A stretch of 64,000 nt of DNA. Source: Candidatus Cloacimonadales bacterium (GTDB lineage Bacteria; Cloacimonadota; Cloacimonadia; Cloacimonadales; JAIOQZ01). The stretch covers positions 288,001 to 352,000 of the forward strand of contig CAXXTU010000002.1 of the NCBI GenBank assembly GCA_963662655.2, given 5' to 3'. The notes beneath the pieces are model-generated. The model searched no databases, was not told the origin of the DNA, and was given only the letters and a program-made list of their open reading frames with translations. Below, piece by piece: positions 9,539 through 21,532 of the stretch (position 1 is its first letter; each line of letters starts with the position of its first letter). The position numbers were made by a program, and so were the translations under genes.

Positions 9539-11057
9539 AATCAAACGTAATGTCCAACTGATAATCCCCATCTTGCTCGTCTTGCTCATTACCTCCTGCA
9601 CAACGGTTACCTATTTCCGTCGCGCAGAAGAGATACAAAAAGACGAGGTCGCCGGGCCGACGATGAATGAATATGAAGCGGAGGCCCCGGACTCGCTCGA
9701 CGTCGCGCAATCGCTCGACGAGGCGACGGCCGGTTACGAGGACGTGATCGCCCAGCTTCAGCGTATGGTCGACAGCCTCCAGTTTCAGGTGGACTCCCTG
9801 AACCTCGAACTCGAATACGCAAACAGTCGTGTGGCAGTGTGCACTGACTTCGTGATACCGGACACCATAGTCTTTGCGGGAACGACGTTCCACCTGCATA
9901 ACGAGCGCTTTTACGCCAAATTCGAGGAAATCTACAAGCACGAGCTGAAATCGGCACAGCACTACATCCCCAAGAGCGGTAAGTATTTCCCCGTGTTCGA
10001 TTCCATCTTCGCGGAGCAGGGTGTCCCTCTGGACACAAAATACCTGGCGATCGCGGAAAGCGGATTGAATTCGGTGGCGCAGAGCTGGGTCGGAGCGATG
10101 GGATTATGGCAGTTCATGAAATCTACCGCCAAGGGCTATGGACTGGAAGTGAACAGCTTCATCGACGAACGTCGCAACACGTTCAAAGCTACAGAAGCGG
10201 CGGCCAAATACCTGAAAAACGCCATGAATATGCTCAGTAAACACGGAGCGGACGACTGGCTTCTCGCCATGGCGTCGTACAACGCCGGGCCGGGAGCTAT
10301 CATTCGCGAGATCAAGAATCAGGGTGGAACCGACTTCTTCAACTTGATCATGCGGGTGGATGAGACCAACCGATACGTTTGGCGCGCTGTGGCAATCAAG
10401 ATGATTTTCGAGCACGAAGAAGAGATTTTCGGCAAGAAGTTCGATCGGGAACCCTCGTTGCTGGATGAAACACGGCAGGTGCATCTGCTGCTGAAGGGCC
10501 ATTATAAGATAGACGAATGGGCCAAGGCGCAGGGAACTACCGTCAGCAAGGTGTGGGAGTACAATCCCTGGATTGATATCCTGCAAACCAAACGCAGCCG
10601 GTATACGCCCATCAACGAAGTCGTACTTCCTCCGGGAGATTTCTCGATCCTGATTCCCCGCGAAAGCTCACCGGACCAACAGGAAGTCGCCAAGATCGAG
10701 AAGCAGTTTCTCGAAAAGAACGCCGGCTACTTCAAGTATCATACGGTGCAGAAAGGCGATAACCTCTACAACATCGCACGAAAATACAAGACGACGGTAG
10801 CGCAGATCAAGGCCGCCAACAACATGAAGAGCGATACGATATACCCCGGACAGAAGCTCAGGCTTCGAGGCGAATCTGGTGGAGGAGGCGGATCGGGAGG
10901 CGTTTACGTTGTGAAGAAGGGCGATTCGATCAGCTCGATCGCCAACAAACTCAAGGTCAGCTCTTCGCATCTGATCAAGACGAACAACCTCAAGGTGAAA
11001 AAGAACGGCAACAGCACGGTTGTCATGATATATCCTGGGCAGAAGCTGAATTACTGA
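9510..11057 (+). CDS. mltD: lytic murein transglycosylase lipoprotein with LysM domains (MltD-like)
   Basis: LITSC lipobox, AIAES / GLWQFM / ASYNAG SLT motifs, two C-terminal LysM domains. Confidence 0.85.
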   Translation: MTFFTTRKPEIKRNVQLIIPILLVLLITSCTTVTYFRRAEEIQKDEVAGPTMNEYEAEAPDSLDVAQSLDEATAGYEDVIAQLQRMVDSLQFQVDSLNLELEYANSRVAVCTDFVIPDTIVFAGTTFHLHNERFYAKFEEIYKHELKSAQHYIPKSGKYFPVFDSIFAEQGVPLDTKYLAIAESGLNSVAQSWVGAMGLWQFMKSTAKGYGLEVNSFIDERRNTFKATEAAAKYLKNAMNMLSKHGADDWLLAMASYNAGPGAIIREIKNQGGTDFFNLIMRVDETNRYVWRAVAIKMIFEHEEEIFGKKFDREPSLLDETRQVHLLLKGHYKIDEWAKAQGTTVSKVWEYNPWIDILQTKRSRYTPINEVVLPPGDFSILIPRESSPDQQEVAKIEKQFLEKNAGYFKYHTVQKGDNLYNIARKYKTTVAQIKAANNMKSDTIYPGQKLRLRGESGGGGGSGGVYVVKKGDSISSIANKLKVSSSHLIKTNNLKVKKNGNSTVVMIYPGQKLNY

Positions 11058-11506
11058 TGGAAAACGTTGAGCTTGTCATCCGCGCGATGACGGAAGGCGA
11101 CTTGGAACAGGTTATGCAACTGGAGAACAGGTTGTTCTCCAATCCCTGGTCGAGGAAGTCGATGCTGGATGAGATGAAAGGCCACGGTGCCTGGGTGATC
11201 GAAGAGGCTGACGTGATTTTGGGATACCTCTGCATCTGGAAGGTGCTGGACGAGTGCCAGATAACCAATGTCGCCACCCGGCCCGAAGCCCAGCGCAGGG
11301 GACTTGCAAGCAAGTTGATACAGTGGATGATCGAGAGGGAATACGCTGCTGGAAGCAGACTGTTCTTTCTGGAGGTTCGCCGGAGCAACGAGCCGGCGAA
11401 ACGACTGTATGAGAAACTGAATTTCATACCTGTCGGCATCCGCAGGGATTATTACACGCGTCCGAATGAGGACGCCATTGTAATGCTGCTGAACATGAGT
11501 GAATAG
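11057..11506 (+). CDS. rimI: ribosomal-protein alanine N-acetyltransferase
   Basis: GNAT fold, LEVRRSN..A..LY..L.F...G.R..YY....EDA. Confidence 0.9.
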   Translation: MENVELVIRAMTEGDLEQVMQLENRLFSNPWSRKSMLDEMKGHGAWVIEEADVILGYLCIWKVLDECQITNVATRPEAQRRGLASKLIQWMIEREYAAGSRLFFLEVRRSNEPAKRLYEKLNFIPVGIRRDYYTRPNEDAIVMLLNMSE

Positions 11507-11528
11507 GGCAGCATGAAAGGAATACATC

Positions 11529-13127
11529 ATGAAATGCTTTGATTTTTTAGTCATTGGCAGTGGGATTTCAGGGCTTGTCTACGCCCTTGAGGTCTCAAAG
11601 ATTGGCAAAGTGGCTTTGCTGACAAAGAAAACCCTCGCCGACGGCGCAACCGATTTCGCCCAGGGCGGGATCGCTGCTGTCGTGAGCGAGCTCGATACAT
11701 TCGACGAACACGTTGTGGATACCTATAAAGCGGGATCGGAGCTGGGTAAGCTCCCGATCATACGCGCCATCGTTGAAGATGGGCCACAGGCGATTGATTA
11801 CCTCATGAAGATCGGCACCGCCTTTACGATGGCCAACGATAAAATCCAGCGCTCGATGGAGAACCTGGACCTTACGCGTGAGGGCGGACACTCTCAAAAG
11901 CGCGTGGTCCATTACGCCGATTCAACCGGACACGAAATTATGCGAGCTCTGATCAGGACCGTCAGGGAAACACCTAATATCACGATATACGAGAATTATA
12001 CGGCAATCGATCTGATTACCCAGCACCACGTGCTCAACGAGAAGGGTTTTATACCGGGCGTTTCGTGCTGGGGCGCATACGCGCTGGATGAAAACACCGG
12101 CCAGATCGAGGCGTTCCGCGCTCGCAAGACAATGCTCGCCACCGGAGGCGGAGCGCAGGTTTACGCCCATACCACCAATCCGGAAGTATGTACCGGAGAC
12201 GGCTTTGCGATGGCCAAACTCGCCGGCGCGCGGCTGGTGAACATGGAGTTCATTCAGTTCCATCCGACTGTCTTCTACTCGCTGATCGGGCAGCCATTCC
12301 TGGTAACCGAAGCGCTGCGTGGGGAAGGAGCGATTCTCAAGCTTGCCAACGGCAAGACGTTCATGGACAAATATCACGAGATGGGAAGCCTCGCTCCGCG
12401 CGATGTGGTCTCCCGTGCAATGGATTTCGAGCTGAAAAAGAGCGGTGAGAAGCATCTTTATCTCGATGCGACGGGGCTCTCGCAAGAGAAGATTCACGCC
12501 CATTTCCCCAACATCTACCGCAAGTGCCTGGAACAGAAAATCGACATCACCAAGGAACCGATTCCGGTCACGCCGGCTGCGCACTATTTCTGCGGCGGCG
12601 TCCTGACCACTCAGGACGGCCTTACCGACGTGAAGAACCTATTCGCCGCGGGTGAGGTCGCGTGTATCGGCTTGCACGGAGCGAACCGGCTGGCGTCCAA
12701 TTCGCTGCTCGAAGGGCTTGTCACTGCGCTCAGAGCCAGCAGGCATCCGTCGAATCACGAAGACGTCGATTTCCCGGAAATCCCCGAGTGGCAGGACGTG
12801 GGAACCTACAACGAGAACGAGTGGGTGGTCATTTCGCACAACCGCCAGAGCATTAAAAGCATCATGCAGGGCTATGTCGGGATTACGCGCTCCAAGCGAC
12901 TTCTCAAATACGCCAAGCATCGCATGCACAGCGTATACACGGAAATCAATAATTTTTACAATCACAATAGCGTGCGGCGCGAGGTAATCGAAACAAGGAA
13001 CATGGCGATTGTCGGGAGTGCGATAATCCAGTCGGCCCTGATGCGAAAAGAGAGCCGGGGACTGCACTACAACGTCGATTACCCCAATCGCGACGACGCC
13101 AACTACAAAAGGGATACGATCATCTGA
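11529..13127 (+). CDS. nadB: L-aspartate oxidase
   Basis: AQGGIA, REGGHS, MEFIQFHPT, LHGANRLASNSLLEG. Confidence 0.96.
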   Translation: MKCFDFLVIGSGISGLVYALEVSKIGKVALLTKKTLADGATDFAQGGIAAVVSELDTFDEHVVDTYKAGSELGKLPIIRAIVEDGPQAIDYLMKIGTAFTMANDKIQRSMENLDLTREGGHSQKRVVHYADSTGHEIMRALIRTVRETPNITIYENYTAIDLITQHHVLNEKGFIPGVSCWGAYALDENTGQIEAFRARKTMLATGGGAQVYAHTTNPEVCTGDGFAMAKLAGARLVNMEFIQFHPTVFYSLIGQPFLVTEALRGEGAILKLANGKTFMDKYHEMGSLAPRDVVSRAMDFELKKSGEKHLYLDATGLSQEKIHAHFPNIYRKCLEQKIDITKEPIPVTPAAHYFCGGVLTTQDGLTDVKNLFAAGEVACIGLHGANRLASNSLLEGLVTALRASRHPSNHEDVDFPEIPEWQDVGTYNENEWVVISHNRQSIKSIMQGYVGITRSKRLLKYAKHRMHSVYTEINNFYNHNSVRREVIETRNMAIVGSAIIQSALMRKESRGLHYNVDYPNRDDANYKRDTII

Positions 13128-13128
13128 T

Positions 13129-13767
13129 ATGAAAGGCGAAAAAGGCTTGTTTGTAACCTTCGAGGGAATCGAAGGCTGTGGAAAATCGACCCAGTCGAAG
13201 CTGCTCCGGGATTACCTGGAATCGAATGGGCTGGATGTCCTGCTCACGCGCGAACCCGGTGGGCCGAGGATTTCGGAGAAAATACGGCAACTGCTGCTTG
13301 ATCCCGAAAATACCGAGATGCTCCCCGAGACCGAACTGCTTCTCTACATGGCGAGCAGGAGCCAGCACACCGGCGAATGGATCATTCCCGCCTTGAAGAG
13401 AGGCAAGGTGGTGATCTCCGACAGGTACTACGATTCATCCATCGCCTATCAGGGCGCGGCACGCCAGCTCGACATGAAGCAGATCGACAACATCACCCTT
13501 TTCGCCACCTATTCGCTCAAGCCGGATATTACCTTTCTGATCGACCTCTCTCCCGATTCAGGCTTATGCCGGATCAAGCCTGAGGTCGCGGATCGCATCG
13601 AGAAAGAGAGCATCGAGTTCCATAAAAGAGTCCGAAAGGGATTTTTGGATGTTGCAAAACGGGAGCCGGATCGTTTCTGTATTGTAGACGGTTGTGGAAC
13701 GATCGAGGAAATCCATATTGAAATCGTGAAGAAAATGGATATATTATTGAAGAAGAACGAAATGTAA
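13129..13767 (+). CDS. tmk: thymidylate kinase
   Basis: FEGIEGCGKSTQ, TREPG, DRYYDSSIAYQG. Confidence 0.96.
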   Translation: MKGEKGLFVTFEGIEGCGKSTQSKLLRDYLESNGLDVLLTREPGGPRISEKIRQLLLDPENTEMLPETELLLYMASRSQHTGEWIIPALKRGKVVISDRYYDSSIAYQGAARQLDMKQIDNITLFATYSLKPDITFLIDLSPDSGLCRIKPEVADRIEKESIEFHKRVRKGFLDVAKREPDRFCIVDGCGTIEEIHIEIVKKMDILLKKNEM

Positions 13768-13776
13768 GACGAGGTA

Positions 13777-15939
13777 TTGAATTTGAGATATTATAAAGGA
13801 CTATTGATTGCGGTAACTCTCCTTGTTGCCTTTACGGCAATTGTGGCGGTCGAAGTCACGGACCGAAACAAGATTGTCATGATCGAAACCATGAAGATCG
13901 TGGATAAAATCCACTTTGATCCGCACGAGGTGGACAACGAACTCTCCGAGCGGGTTTTCGATATGTATCTGGACCGGCTCGACTACCAGAAGCGGTTCTT
14001 TCTGCAATCGGATGTCAACCGCCTGCAGGCGATGCGGGACGAGATCGACGACCAGATCAATTCCAAGGAGCTATCCGACAAGTTCGATTTTTACGTCAAG
14101 ACCAACACGATCTTCGAGGAACGCCTTGACCAGGTGGAATCCTTTTACGAAGGCATGCTGGCACAGCCTTTTGATTACTTCGAACAGGATTCACTTGAGA
14201 CCGACGGCGACAAGAGTGTGTGGTGTAGCGACATGGCGCACCTCAAACAACGCTGGGAGCAGCTACTGAAATACCAGGTACTCCAGCGCTATTTCATCCT
14301 CAAGGAAACCTCGGATTCCATCTCGACGGACGAGAACGAGGTCGACGAAAACCTGATGGATGTTTTCCTGAAAGACGGCAAGCTCGATAGCGAGCTCGAG
14401 GCGCAAGCGCGAGAGAAAGTGAAGAAATCCACCGAACTCATGCTGAAGCGGCTCAAGGATATGAACGAAGACGACCGTTTCGCCCTCTACATGAACTCCA
14501 TCCTGAATTCATTCGATCCGCATACAACCTATATGCCGCCCAAGGCTGAAGAGGATTTCCAGATCGACATGACGGGACAGTTCGAAGGGATCGGCGCGCG
14601 TCTCACGCAGGAAGACGGCTACATCAAAGTCACCGAGATCATACCGGGAAGCGCCTCCTGGCGACAGGGCGAGCTCGAACCGGAAGACAAGATCATCAAG
14701 GTGGCGCAGGGCGACGGCGAGCCGCTGGATGTGATCGATATGCTGGTGGACGATGCAGTGCAGTTCATCCGCGGCAAGAAGGGTACCGAAGTCCGCCTGA
14801 CCGTGCAGAAGGCATCGGGCGAGATCAAGGTTATCCCGATCATCCGCGATGTAGTGGTCATTGAAGAGACCTACGCGAAAGCCGCCCTGCTGAAAGACAC
14901 AAAGCGAAACAGAAATTACGGATACATCCGCTTGCCCGGGTTCTATCGCGATTTCACGAACAACACGAACCGCAACTCGACCGACGATATCGCGCAGGCG
15001 ATAGACAGACTCCAGGAAGAGAAGGTGTTCGGCATTATCCTCGATCTCCGCAACAACGGCGGCGGAGCGCTTCAGGACGCCGTGAGCATCGGCGGCTTGT
15101 TCATCGAGGAAGGCCCGATTGTACAGGTGAGTGACAAGATTCGCGGAACGCGCGTTCACTCCGATTACGACAGCCGCGTTCAGTGGGATGGACCGCTCGT
15201 GATACTGGTCAACCAGTTCAGCGCTTCGGCCTCCGAGATTCTCGCGGCCGCGCTTCAGGACTACAACCGTGCGATTGTTATCGGCTCGGAGCAATCCTTC
15301 GGCAAAGGCACCGTGCAGAACCTGAATGATCTGGATCGCTACGTGAATCCGATCTTCGCCTACCTGAAGCCGTTTGGGTCGCTCAAGCTCACCATCCAGA
15401 AGTTTTACCGCATCGACGGCACGACCACGCAGGACAAGGGTGTCGAACCGGACATCGTGATGCCGTGCCCCTACGATTACATCGATATCGGCGAAAAAGA
15501 ATACGAATATTATCTTCCGTACGATACAATAAAAGCGGCCGATTACGAGCTCTGGAGCAAGACGAAGCTTGATAATCCGCTCATCTCGAATCACAACAAG
15601 GAACGCATGAACAACAGCGACGCCTTGAAGTATCTGGAAGAGAGAAACGAAGCTTTGCGTAAGGAACGCGAAGAGACCAAGCTCGACCTCAACGTGCTCA
15701 GCATGATCCAGGAGAGGCAGAAGAATAAAACGTATCGCAAGAAGATGGAGAGTTATCTGCAGGAGAACGAAAACCTCGATGTTACGCTGAAAGAGCTTTA
15801 TCCTTCCGATGAAGAGAAGGACGCCTCACAGCTCGAGCAGGAGAAAGACCTGATAACCAACATCAAGAAGGACGTCTACATCGGCGAAGCGATGTTCGTC
15901 CTGGACGACTTGAAAGACACGAAAGCCGCAATGAAATAA
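13777..15939 (+). CDS. prc: tail-specific protease (Prc/Tsp-like, S41)
   Basis: DPHTTY, PDZ GIGA, DLRNNGGG, SASASEI, GKGTVQ, 720 aa. Confidence 0.9.
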   Translation: MNLRYYKGLLIAVTLLVAFTAIVAVEVTDRNKIVMIETMKIVDKIHFDPHEVDNELSERVFDMYLDRLDYQKRFFLQSDVNRLQAMRDEIDDQINSKELSDKFDFYVKTNTIFEERLDQVESFYEGMLAQPFDYFEQDSLETDGDKSVWCSDMAHLKQRWEQLLKYQVLQRYFILKETSDSISTDENEVDENLMDVFLKDGKLDSELEAQAREKVKKSTELMLKRLKDMNEDDRFALYMNSILNSFDPHTTYMPPKAEEDFQIDMTGQFEGIGARLTQEDGYIKVTEIIPGSASWRQGELEPEDKIIKVAQGDGEPLDVIDMLVDDAVQFIRGKKGTEVRLTVQKASGEIKVIPIIRDVVVIEETYAKAALLKDTKRNRNYGYIRLPGFYRDFTNNTNRNSTDDIAQAIDRLQEEKVFGIILDLRNNGGGALQDAVSIGGLFIEEGPIVQVSDKIRGTRVHSDYDSRVQWDGPLVILVNQFSASASEILAAALQDYNRAIVIGSEQSFGKGTVQNLNDLDRYVNPIFAYLKPFGSLKLTIQKFYRIDGTTTQDKGVEPDIVMPCPYDYIDIGEKEYEYYLPYDTIKAADYELWSKTKLDNPLISNHNKERMNNSDALKYLEERNEALRKEREETKLDLNVLSMIQERQKNKTYRKKMESYLQENENLDVTLKELYPSDEEKDASQLEQEKDLITNIKKDVYIGEAMFVLDDLKDTKAAMK

Positions 15940-15961
15940 CACGTAAGCAAGGTATCATCGA

Positions 15962-17545
15962 ATGAAAATAACCAGGCGGAACAAACTTGTACTGCTCGCC
16001 ATCGCGATGCTGTGGTTTGCGCTCGGGCTGTGGGCGTACACCATTGCCGAAGCCCAGCCGAACCAGAATGCGGAGCGCGACACGGCGTATGAAAAAATCA
16101 GACTGTTCAACGAGATTCTCTACAGCGTCAACCAGAACTACGTGAAGGAGCTGAGCATCGAGGAACTGATCGATGCCGCGATTGACGGCATGATGGAAAA
16201 GGTTGATCCGCACACGGTCTATTTCCAAACGGACGAGTTCGAGGACTTCCAGTCCAATACGCGCGGGGAGTTCGAAGGCGTCGGGCTTTCCGTGGACAAG
16301 AAGGATGGCTATATCACCGTAGTGGCCCCCATCGAGGGTACTCCCGCGTACCGTCAGGGAATCCATGCGGGAGATCGTTTGATCGCCGTCGACGGCGAGG
16401 ATATCGTCGGAATCGGCACGGAAGACGCGATCAAGCTGATGCGTGGCAGCAAGGGAACACCGGTCGATTTGACCATCGAGCGCCCGGGCTACGACGATCC
16501 GATCGAGTTCCACATCATCCGCGATGTGATCAAGATCAAGAGCGTTCCATACGCCTTCATGCTCGACGATGAGATTGGATATATCCGAATCCGCCAGTTT
16601 AACGCCAACGCTTCCACGGAATTGCAGGAAGCGCTCGATTCCCTGGAGGCGCAGGGAATGAAAGGGTTGCTGATCGATCTCCGGTACAATCCGGGGGGAC
16701 TCCTGGACGAGGCGGTCAATACGGTGAACGAGTTCATCGGAAAGGGCAAGCGTGTCGTGTATACCCGCGGAAGGGCGGCGGGAACATCCAACGAGTTCTT
16801 CACGAAAATCCCGCGTCAGCGGAACGGGTATCGCGTGGTCGCGCTGATCAATCAAGGAACCGCGAGCGCAGCCGAGATTTTCGCCGGAACCCTTCAGGAC
16901 TACGATCAGGGGCTCGTCGTGGGGGAGACATCCTTCGGCAAAGGTTCCGTGCAGCAATTGTATCCGCTCTCCGAGGGCGGTATCAAGGTGACGACCTCCA
17001 AGTATTACATCAATTCGGGGCGCTGCATTCACAAGGACCTCCAGGACAAGAAGCTGAAAGGCATCGATGTCACCGAGGAAGAGGAGAAGCAAGCACAGGA
17101 GAAGACGGAAGAGGTCTATTACACGCAACGTGGCCGCATTGTCCACGGCGGTGGCGGGATCGCGCCGGATATCGAAATCGAGCAGGAGAAGCTGACCGAT
17201 CTCGAGCAGAAAATCAGACAGGCGAACCTCTTCTTCAGGTATTCGGTTGACTGGCTCGTCGATAACGGCCATGAGATCACACCGGATTTCACGGTGGAAG
17301 ATGCCATGTTCAACGACTTCGTGAAGTGGATCGATCAAGAGGAAATCAAATACGAGGCCGAGGACCTTCAGGAATCCGGGCAGTGGATCCGGGATATTCT
17401 GGCGAGCGAGATTATCTCGCAGAAGATGGGCGAGATCGAGGGATACCGGGCATCGCTGAAAGAAGATTCGCAACTTCAGGAGGCGATGGCGCTTTTCGAT
17501 AAATATCCCAGCCTCGAGGCGATGCTGAGCAGTACAAAGCAATAG
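15962..17545 (+). CDS. C-terminal processing protease (CtpA-like, S41)
   Basis: DPHTVY, DLRYNPGG, TASAAEI, GKGSVQ. Confidence 0.9.
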   Translation: MKITRRNKLVLLAIAMLWFALGLWAYTIAEAQPNQNAERDTAYEKIRLFNEILYSVNQNYVKELSIEELIDAAIDGMMEKVDPHTVYFQTDEFEDFQSNTRGEFEGVGLSVDKKDGYITVVAPIEGTPAYRQGIHAGDRLIAVDGEDIVGIGTEDAIKLMRGSKGTPVDLTIERPGYDDPIEFHIIRDVIKIKSVPYAFMLDDEIGYIRIRQFNANASTELQEALDSLEAQGMKGLLIDLRYNPGGLLDEAVNTVNEFIGKGKRVVYTRGRAAGTSNEFFTKIPRQRNGYRVVALINQGTASAAEIFAGTLQDYDQGLVVGETSFGKGSVQQLYPLSEGGIKVTTSKYYINSGRCIHKDLQDKKLKGIDVTEEEEKQAQEKTEEVYYTQRGRIVHGGGGIAPDIEIEQEKLTDLEQKIRQANLFFRYSVDWLVDNGHEITPDFTVEDAMFNDFVKWIDQEEIKYEAEDLQESGQWIRDILASEIISQKMGEIEGYRASLKEDSQLQEAMALFDKYPSLEAMLSSTKQ

Positions 17546-17757
17546 ATTTGGTAAACAAATTGGGGTATTCCCGAAGAAGCGTTATTCAATTTAATTGATA
17601 TACCTTGGGAATTAACGAGCGTTAAACGATAGTGTAACCGATTACATTTTGGGCATTTATAATTTTAGGGGTGAAGCGGCAATTCAAAAACATTGCATCA
17701 GATCCAATTATTAATTGACATCTGCAATCTTCATGCTAAAATTCAAATTCTGGTCTA

Positions 17758-20700
17758 ATGGACAAATTCTTGTTTTTTGAACTGGAAAAACAAGCAAAGG
17801 GTAGGACTATGGCAAGACTTTTTGGCAATGAGTATCACGAACACTCCAACACCTGGTATTTTCGCAGCTCGGTAAAATCATTGCAACTTGGCAACCTTGA
17901 ATACAACTATTACAAAAACGAGAACGGGGATGTTGTTTTCCAATTCAAAGCGGCGAGCGCGGACGACGCACGTTTCCCGGGAACGCTGAAAATCATATAC
18001 GATCCGACGAACAGGAAGATATTGGAACAGCATTGCACGGTCTGTACACAGGAAGACACTTGCCCCCACTATTTAACCGTGCTGGATTACGCGTATCGTT
18101 TCTTATCGACCGATATCCTTGAAGCGCCCGTCGTGCAGACCTATCAGACGCGCCTTCTGCAATACAACGAGTACTGGCAGCGCGTTCTCCTCAACACGCA
18201 AATCGCGGTATCCGGAATCTACGACACCAACGACAAGGTGCGGTTCTATTTCAGGTACTACAAGCCGATCGATATTCGCCTGATCTCGCTTATCGCATTG
18301 GAGAAGGAATTGAAGGATGTCTCGGAGGAGCAGATCGAGCTCGCCCACAAGCAGATGGACGCTTTCACCAACGAAGAGATCGCGCTGCTGAAAATGCTTC
18401 AGGAGTACAAGTGCTCGTTTAGCCGTTCGAGCAACTTCTTCACGATCTATAAGCGGGATTTCTATCGCTTCATTCCGTTGATGCGGATTCTGCAGAATAA
18501 AATCTACGTGAAAGAGACCGGCGATCGCATCGTGTTCGAGAACGATCCATACCAGTTGAGCTTCCTGGTGTCGCCGATCGAAAACGATCAATATCTCTTC
18601 AGCGTTGCACCGGGAGAGAATATCTCGGCGTTCTTCGTGAATCGCATGTCCTACATTTTCCTCAAGAACGTTCTGCACTACATTCAGCTTCCCTTCAAGA
18701 AGGAGATTACGGAGAAAGTTCTCGGTGAAGGCTATGTCCTGCGAAAGGAAGACCTCGTCTACTTTGCTTCGGTGGTTACGCACCAGCTCGGGATTATTAA
18801 ATGCTACCTCGACTTCGACGAATCGATCGAATTGCCCGATATCTACGACCAGTCCCCCGTGCCGACGTTCAAGCTGAACAAAACGGGCGAACATCAGATA
18901 TCGCTGGAGGGATTCCTGGCCTACTCGCAGGAAGTCTCCGTGCCCATGTCCGTTCTCTACTATCCGGCGGAGCTTGTCCGCTACGACCAGCAGAAGAAGG
19001 AGACTTGGTTCTATATTCCACCCCAGGTGCGATACCAGATTTTCAGCTTCATTCAGAAGCTACCGCAAGCGATTGCCGAAGAACGCTCCCATGAGCATAA
19101 AATGCTCTTCGAGGGAGAAGAGGAAATCGATTTTCTGAAGAAGACCATCTTCGAGGAAACGGACCCGACCTGGAACATCCAGCTTTCCGACGAACTGAAG
19201 AAGGAATTCATCTACAAGGTGACGCTCATGCCGACTATCCGTGCGAAAACGACGGATCAAATCGACTGGTTCGAATATGAGGTTACCTATCAGTATAAAG
19301 ACCTGGAGTTTACGCATCAGGAGCTGAAGAAGTTCTTCAAACGCAAGGAGAAGTTCCTCAAGCTCGATGACGGACGCCTGCTCTATTTCACCAATCAGGA
19401 GACCTTCCGCGATGTCGAGCGCCTCATGAAGCGCAGCCAGAAAACGGAGAGCGATTACTACAAGCTGTCCGTGTACAATATTCCTTACATCTACCAACTC
19501 ACGTCGATTCGCGAGGGCATCCAGATAAAGGGTGACGAGTACTTGCAGAATATGTTCGAGGCGATATTGGCGCGGAAGATGGACGAGGATCATGCGGTTC
19601 CGTTGATTCTCATGCCGGTGATGCGCAGCTACCAAAAAGCGGGACATCAATGGCTCAAGATGCTGCAAAACTTCCACCTCGGCGGTATTCTCGCCGATGA
19701 CATGGGGCTTGGAAAAACCATCCAGGCTATTTCCATATTATCGGAACTGCCGCCGACTACCCGATCGCTGGTGATTTGCCCGAAAACCCTTCTCTACAAC
19801 TGGGCGGCGGAGATCGAGAAGTTTAATCCCCGCTTGAATTACATTATCTACGAGGGCAACAAGGACGAGCGCGTCGAGCTCCTCAAGACCCCGAATGTTC
19901 AGGTATACATCGCTTCCTACTCCATTATCATGAACGATCTGGACGAGCTTCAGCCTATCTTCTTCAACTACGTGATCCTGGACGAGGCCCAGCACATCAA
20001 GAACGCGGGTGCGCTCCGTTCCAAGGCGATCAAAAAACTGAATGCACGCTACAGGCTTGCTCTCACCGGTACGCCGATGGAGAACAACCCGACGGAGCTG
20101 TGGTCGATCTTCGATTTCCTCCTGCCGGGGTATCTTCCGTCACCGAGGAAGTTCAAGTCAGAATATGTCTCGCCGCTGCTCGAAAAGCACGAAAAGCAGG
20201 AGCATCTTGCAGCCTTGATTTCACCATTCATTTTACGAAGAAAGAAGAAGGATGTGCTCATCGAGTTGCCGGACAAACAGGAGCAGATTTCCTACTGCCG
20301 GATGTCGCCAATTCAAGAGAAGCTCTACGTCGAGGTGATCGACTCCGTTAAAAAAAACTTCATCAATCGCTTCGACCAGATCGACACGGGCAACTATATA
20401 CACGTTCTGGCAGCGCTTACGAGGTTGCGGCAGATTTGTAACCATCCAACGCTGGTGCAGAAGGACTTGAAGATTCAGCCCGACCTCTCCGGCAAGATGG
20501 AGCAGTTGATGATCATCCTCGAGGACGCGATCGATAGCGGCAGGAAGGTGCTGGTCTTCAGCCAGTTCGTTGAGACGCTCAAGCTGATCCGGCAGTATCT
20601 TGCGAAGCGGAAGATCGTTTTCGAATACATGGATGGCGACACGAAGGCCCGTCACAAACGCGTCGATAACTTCAACAACAACGCGAACGTTCGCGCCTTT

Positions 20701-21018
20701 CTCATCAGCCTCAAGACGGGTGGATTCGGCCTGAATCTCACCGCTGCCGACACGGTGGTGCTTGTGGACCCTTGGTGGAATCCCATGGGCGAGAATCAAG
20801 CGATCGACCGGGCGCACCGCATTGGCCAGACGAAGAAAGTGAACGTTTACAAGCTCATCACGTTAGGAACGGTCGAGGAGAAAATCCTGAATCTGCAAAA
20901 AGACAAGATCGAGATGTTCGAGAACATCATCGAGGGTGGGCAGAACATCTTACGGAAGCTCAATGTTGACGAACTTCGGAATCTCTTTGAGTACACGGCG
21001 GGGGAGGGCCACAAATGA
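17758..21018 (+). CDS. SNF2/SWI2-family helicase with a SWIM-like Zn finger
   Basis: CTVC...[31 protein letters not shown]. Alternative start at 17809. Confidence 0.93.
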   Translation: MDKFLFFELEKQAKGRTMARLFGNEYHEHSNTWYFRSSVKSLQLGNLEYNYYKNENGDVVFQFKAASADDARFPGTLKIIYDPTNRKILEQHCTVCTQEDTCPHYLTVLDYAYRFLSTDILEAPVVQTYQTRLLQYNEYWQRVLLNTQIAVSGIYDTNDKVRFYFRYYKPIDIRLISLIALEKELKDVSEEQIELAHKQMDAFTNEEIALLKMLQEYKCSFSRSSNFFTIYKRDFYRFIPLMRILQNKIYVKETGDRIVFENDPYQLSFLVSPIENDQYLFSVAPGENISAFFVNRMSYIFLKNVLHYIQLPFKKEITEKVLGEGYVLRKEDLVYFASVVTHQLGIIKCYLDFDESIELPDIYDQSPVPTFKLNKTGEHQISLEGFLAYSQEVSVPMSVLYYPAELVRYDQQKKETWFYIPPQVRYQIFSFIQKLPQAIAEERSHEHKMLFEGEEEIDFLKKTIFEETDPTWNIQLSDELKKEFIYKVTLMPTIRAKTTDQIDWFEYEVTYQYKDLEFTHQELKKFFKRKEKFLKLDDGRLLYFTNQETFRDVERLMKRSQKTESDYYKLSVYNIPYIYQLTSIREGIQIKGDEYLQNMFEAILARKMDEDHAVPLILMPVMRSYQKAGHQWLKMLQNFHLGGILADDMGLGKTIQAISILSELPPTTRSLVICPKTLLYNWAAEIEKFNPRLNYIIYEGNKDERVELLKTPNVQVYIASYSIIMNDLDELQPIFFNYVILDEAQHIKNAGALRSKAIKKLNARYRLALTGTPMENNPTELWSIFDFLLPGYLPSPRKFKSEYVSPLLEKHEKQEHLAALISPFILRRKKKDVLIELPDKQEQISYCRMSPIQEKLYVEVIDSVKKNFINRFDQIDTGNYIHVLAALTRLRQICNHPTLVQKDLKIQPDLSGKMEQLMIILEDAIDSGRKVLVFSQFVETLKLIRQYLAKRKIVFEYMDGDTKARHKRVDNFNNNANVRAFLISLKTGGFGLNLTAADTVVLVDPWWNPMGENQAIDRAHRIGQTKKVNVYKLITLGTVEEKILNLQKDKIEMFENIIEGGQNILRKLNVDELRNLFEYTAGEGHK

Positions 21019-21431
21019 AAAGTTATCGCAAGGAATTGTGGTTTGAAACGAATACTCGGCGCAAGCTGCTTCACATAACGCCTCACATTGAAGAGTGCTT
21101 GCGGGAAAGTGGCATCAAGGAGGGCTTGTGCCTCGTGAACGCGATGCATATAACCTCCAGCGTGTTTATCAACGATAACGAGCCGGGGCTGCATTCCGAC
21201 TACGAGAAGTGGCTGGAGAAACTCGCCCCGGAGAAGCCGTACAATCAGTATGCGCATAACGGATTCGAGGATAATGCCGACGCGCATCTCAAGCGAACGA
21301 TCATGGGCCGCGAGGTTGTTGTGGCGATCACGGACGGGAGATTGGATTTCGGTCCGTGGGAGGCGATCTTCTACGGGGAGTTCGACGGAAAACGGCGAAA
21401 ACGTGTACTAGTGAAGATTATTGGGGAATAG
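21015..21431 (+). CDS. YjbQ/UPF0047 family protein
   Basis: [22 protein letters not shown] motifs. Confidence 0.9.
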   Translation: MKSYRKELWFETNTRRKLLHITPHIEECLRESGIKEGLCLVNAMHITSSVFINDNEPGLHSDYEKWLEKLAPEKPYNQYAHNGFEDNADAHLKRTIMGREVVVAITDGRLDFGPWEAIFYGEFDGKRRKRVLVKIIGE

Positions 21432-21532
21432 TCGTAACAAGTAATTATTTTCTTGCACACTGACAAACTGAATAACATTTTGGCGTATAAGAAAAATAAT
21501 CGGGATATTATCTTACAACAAGCGAGTGGAAG

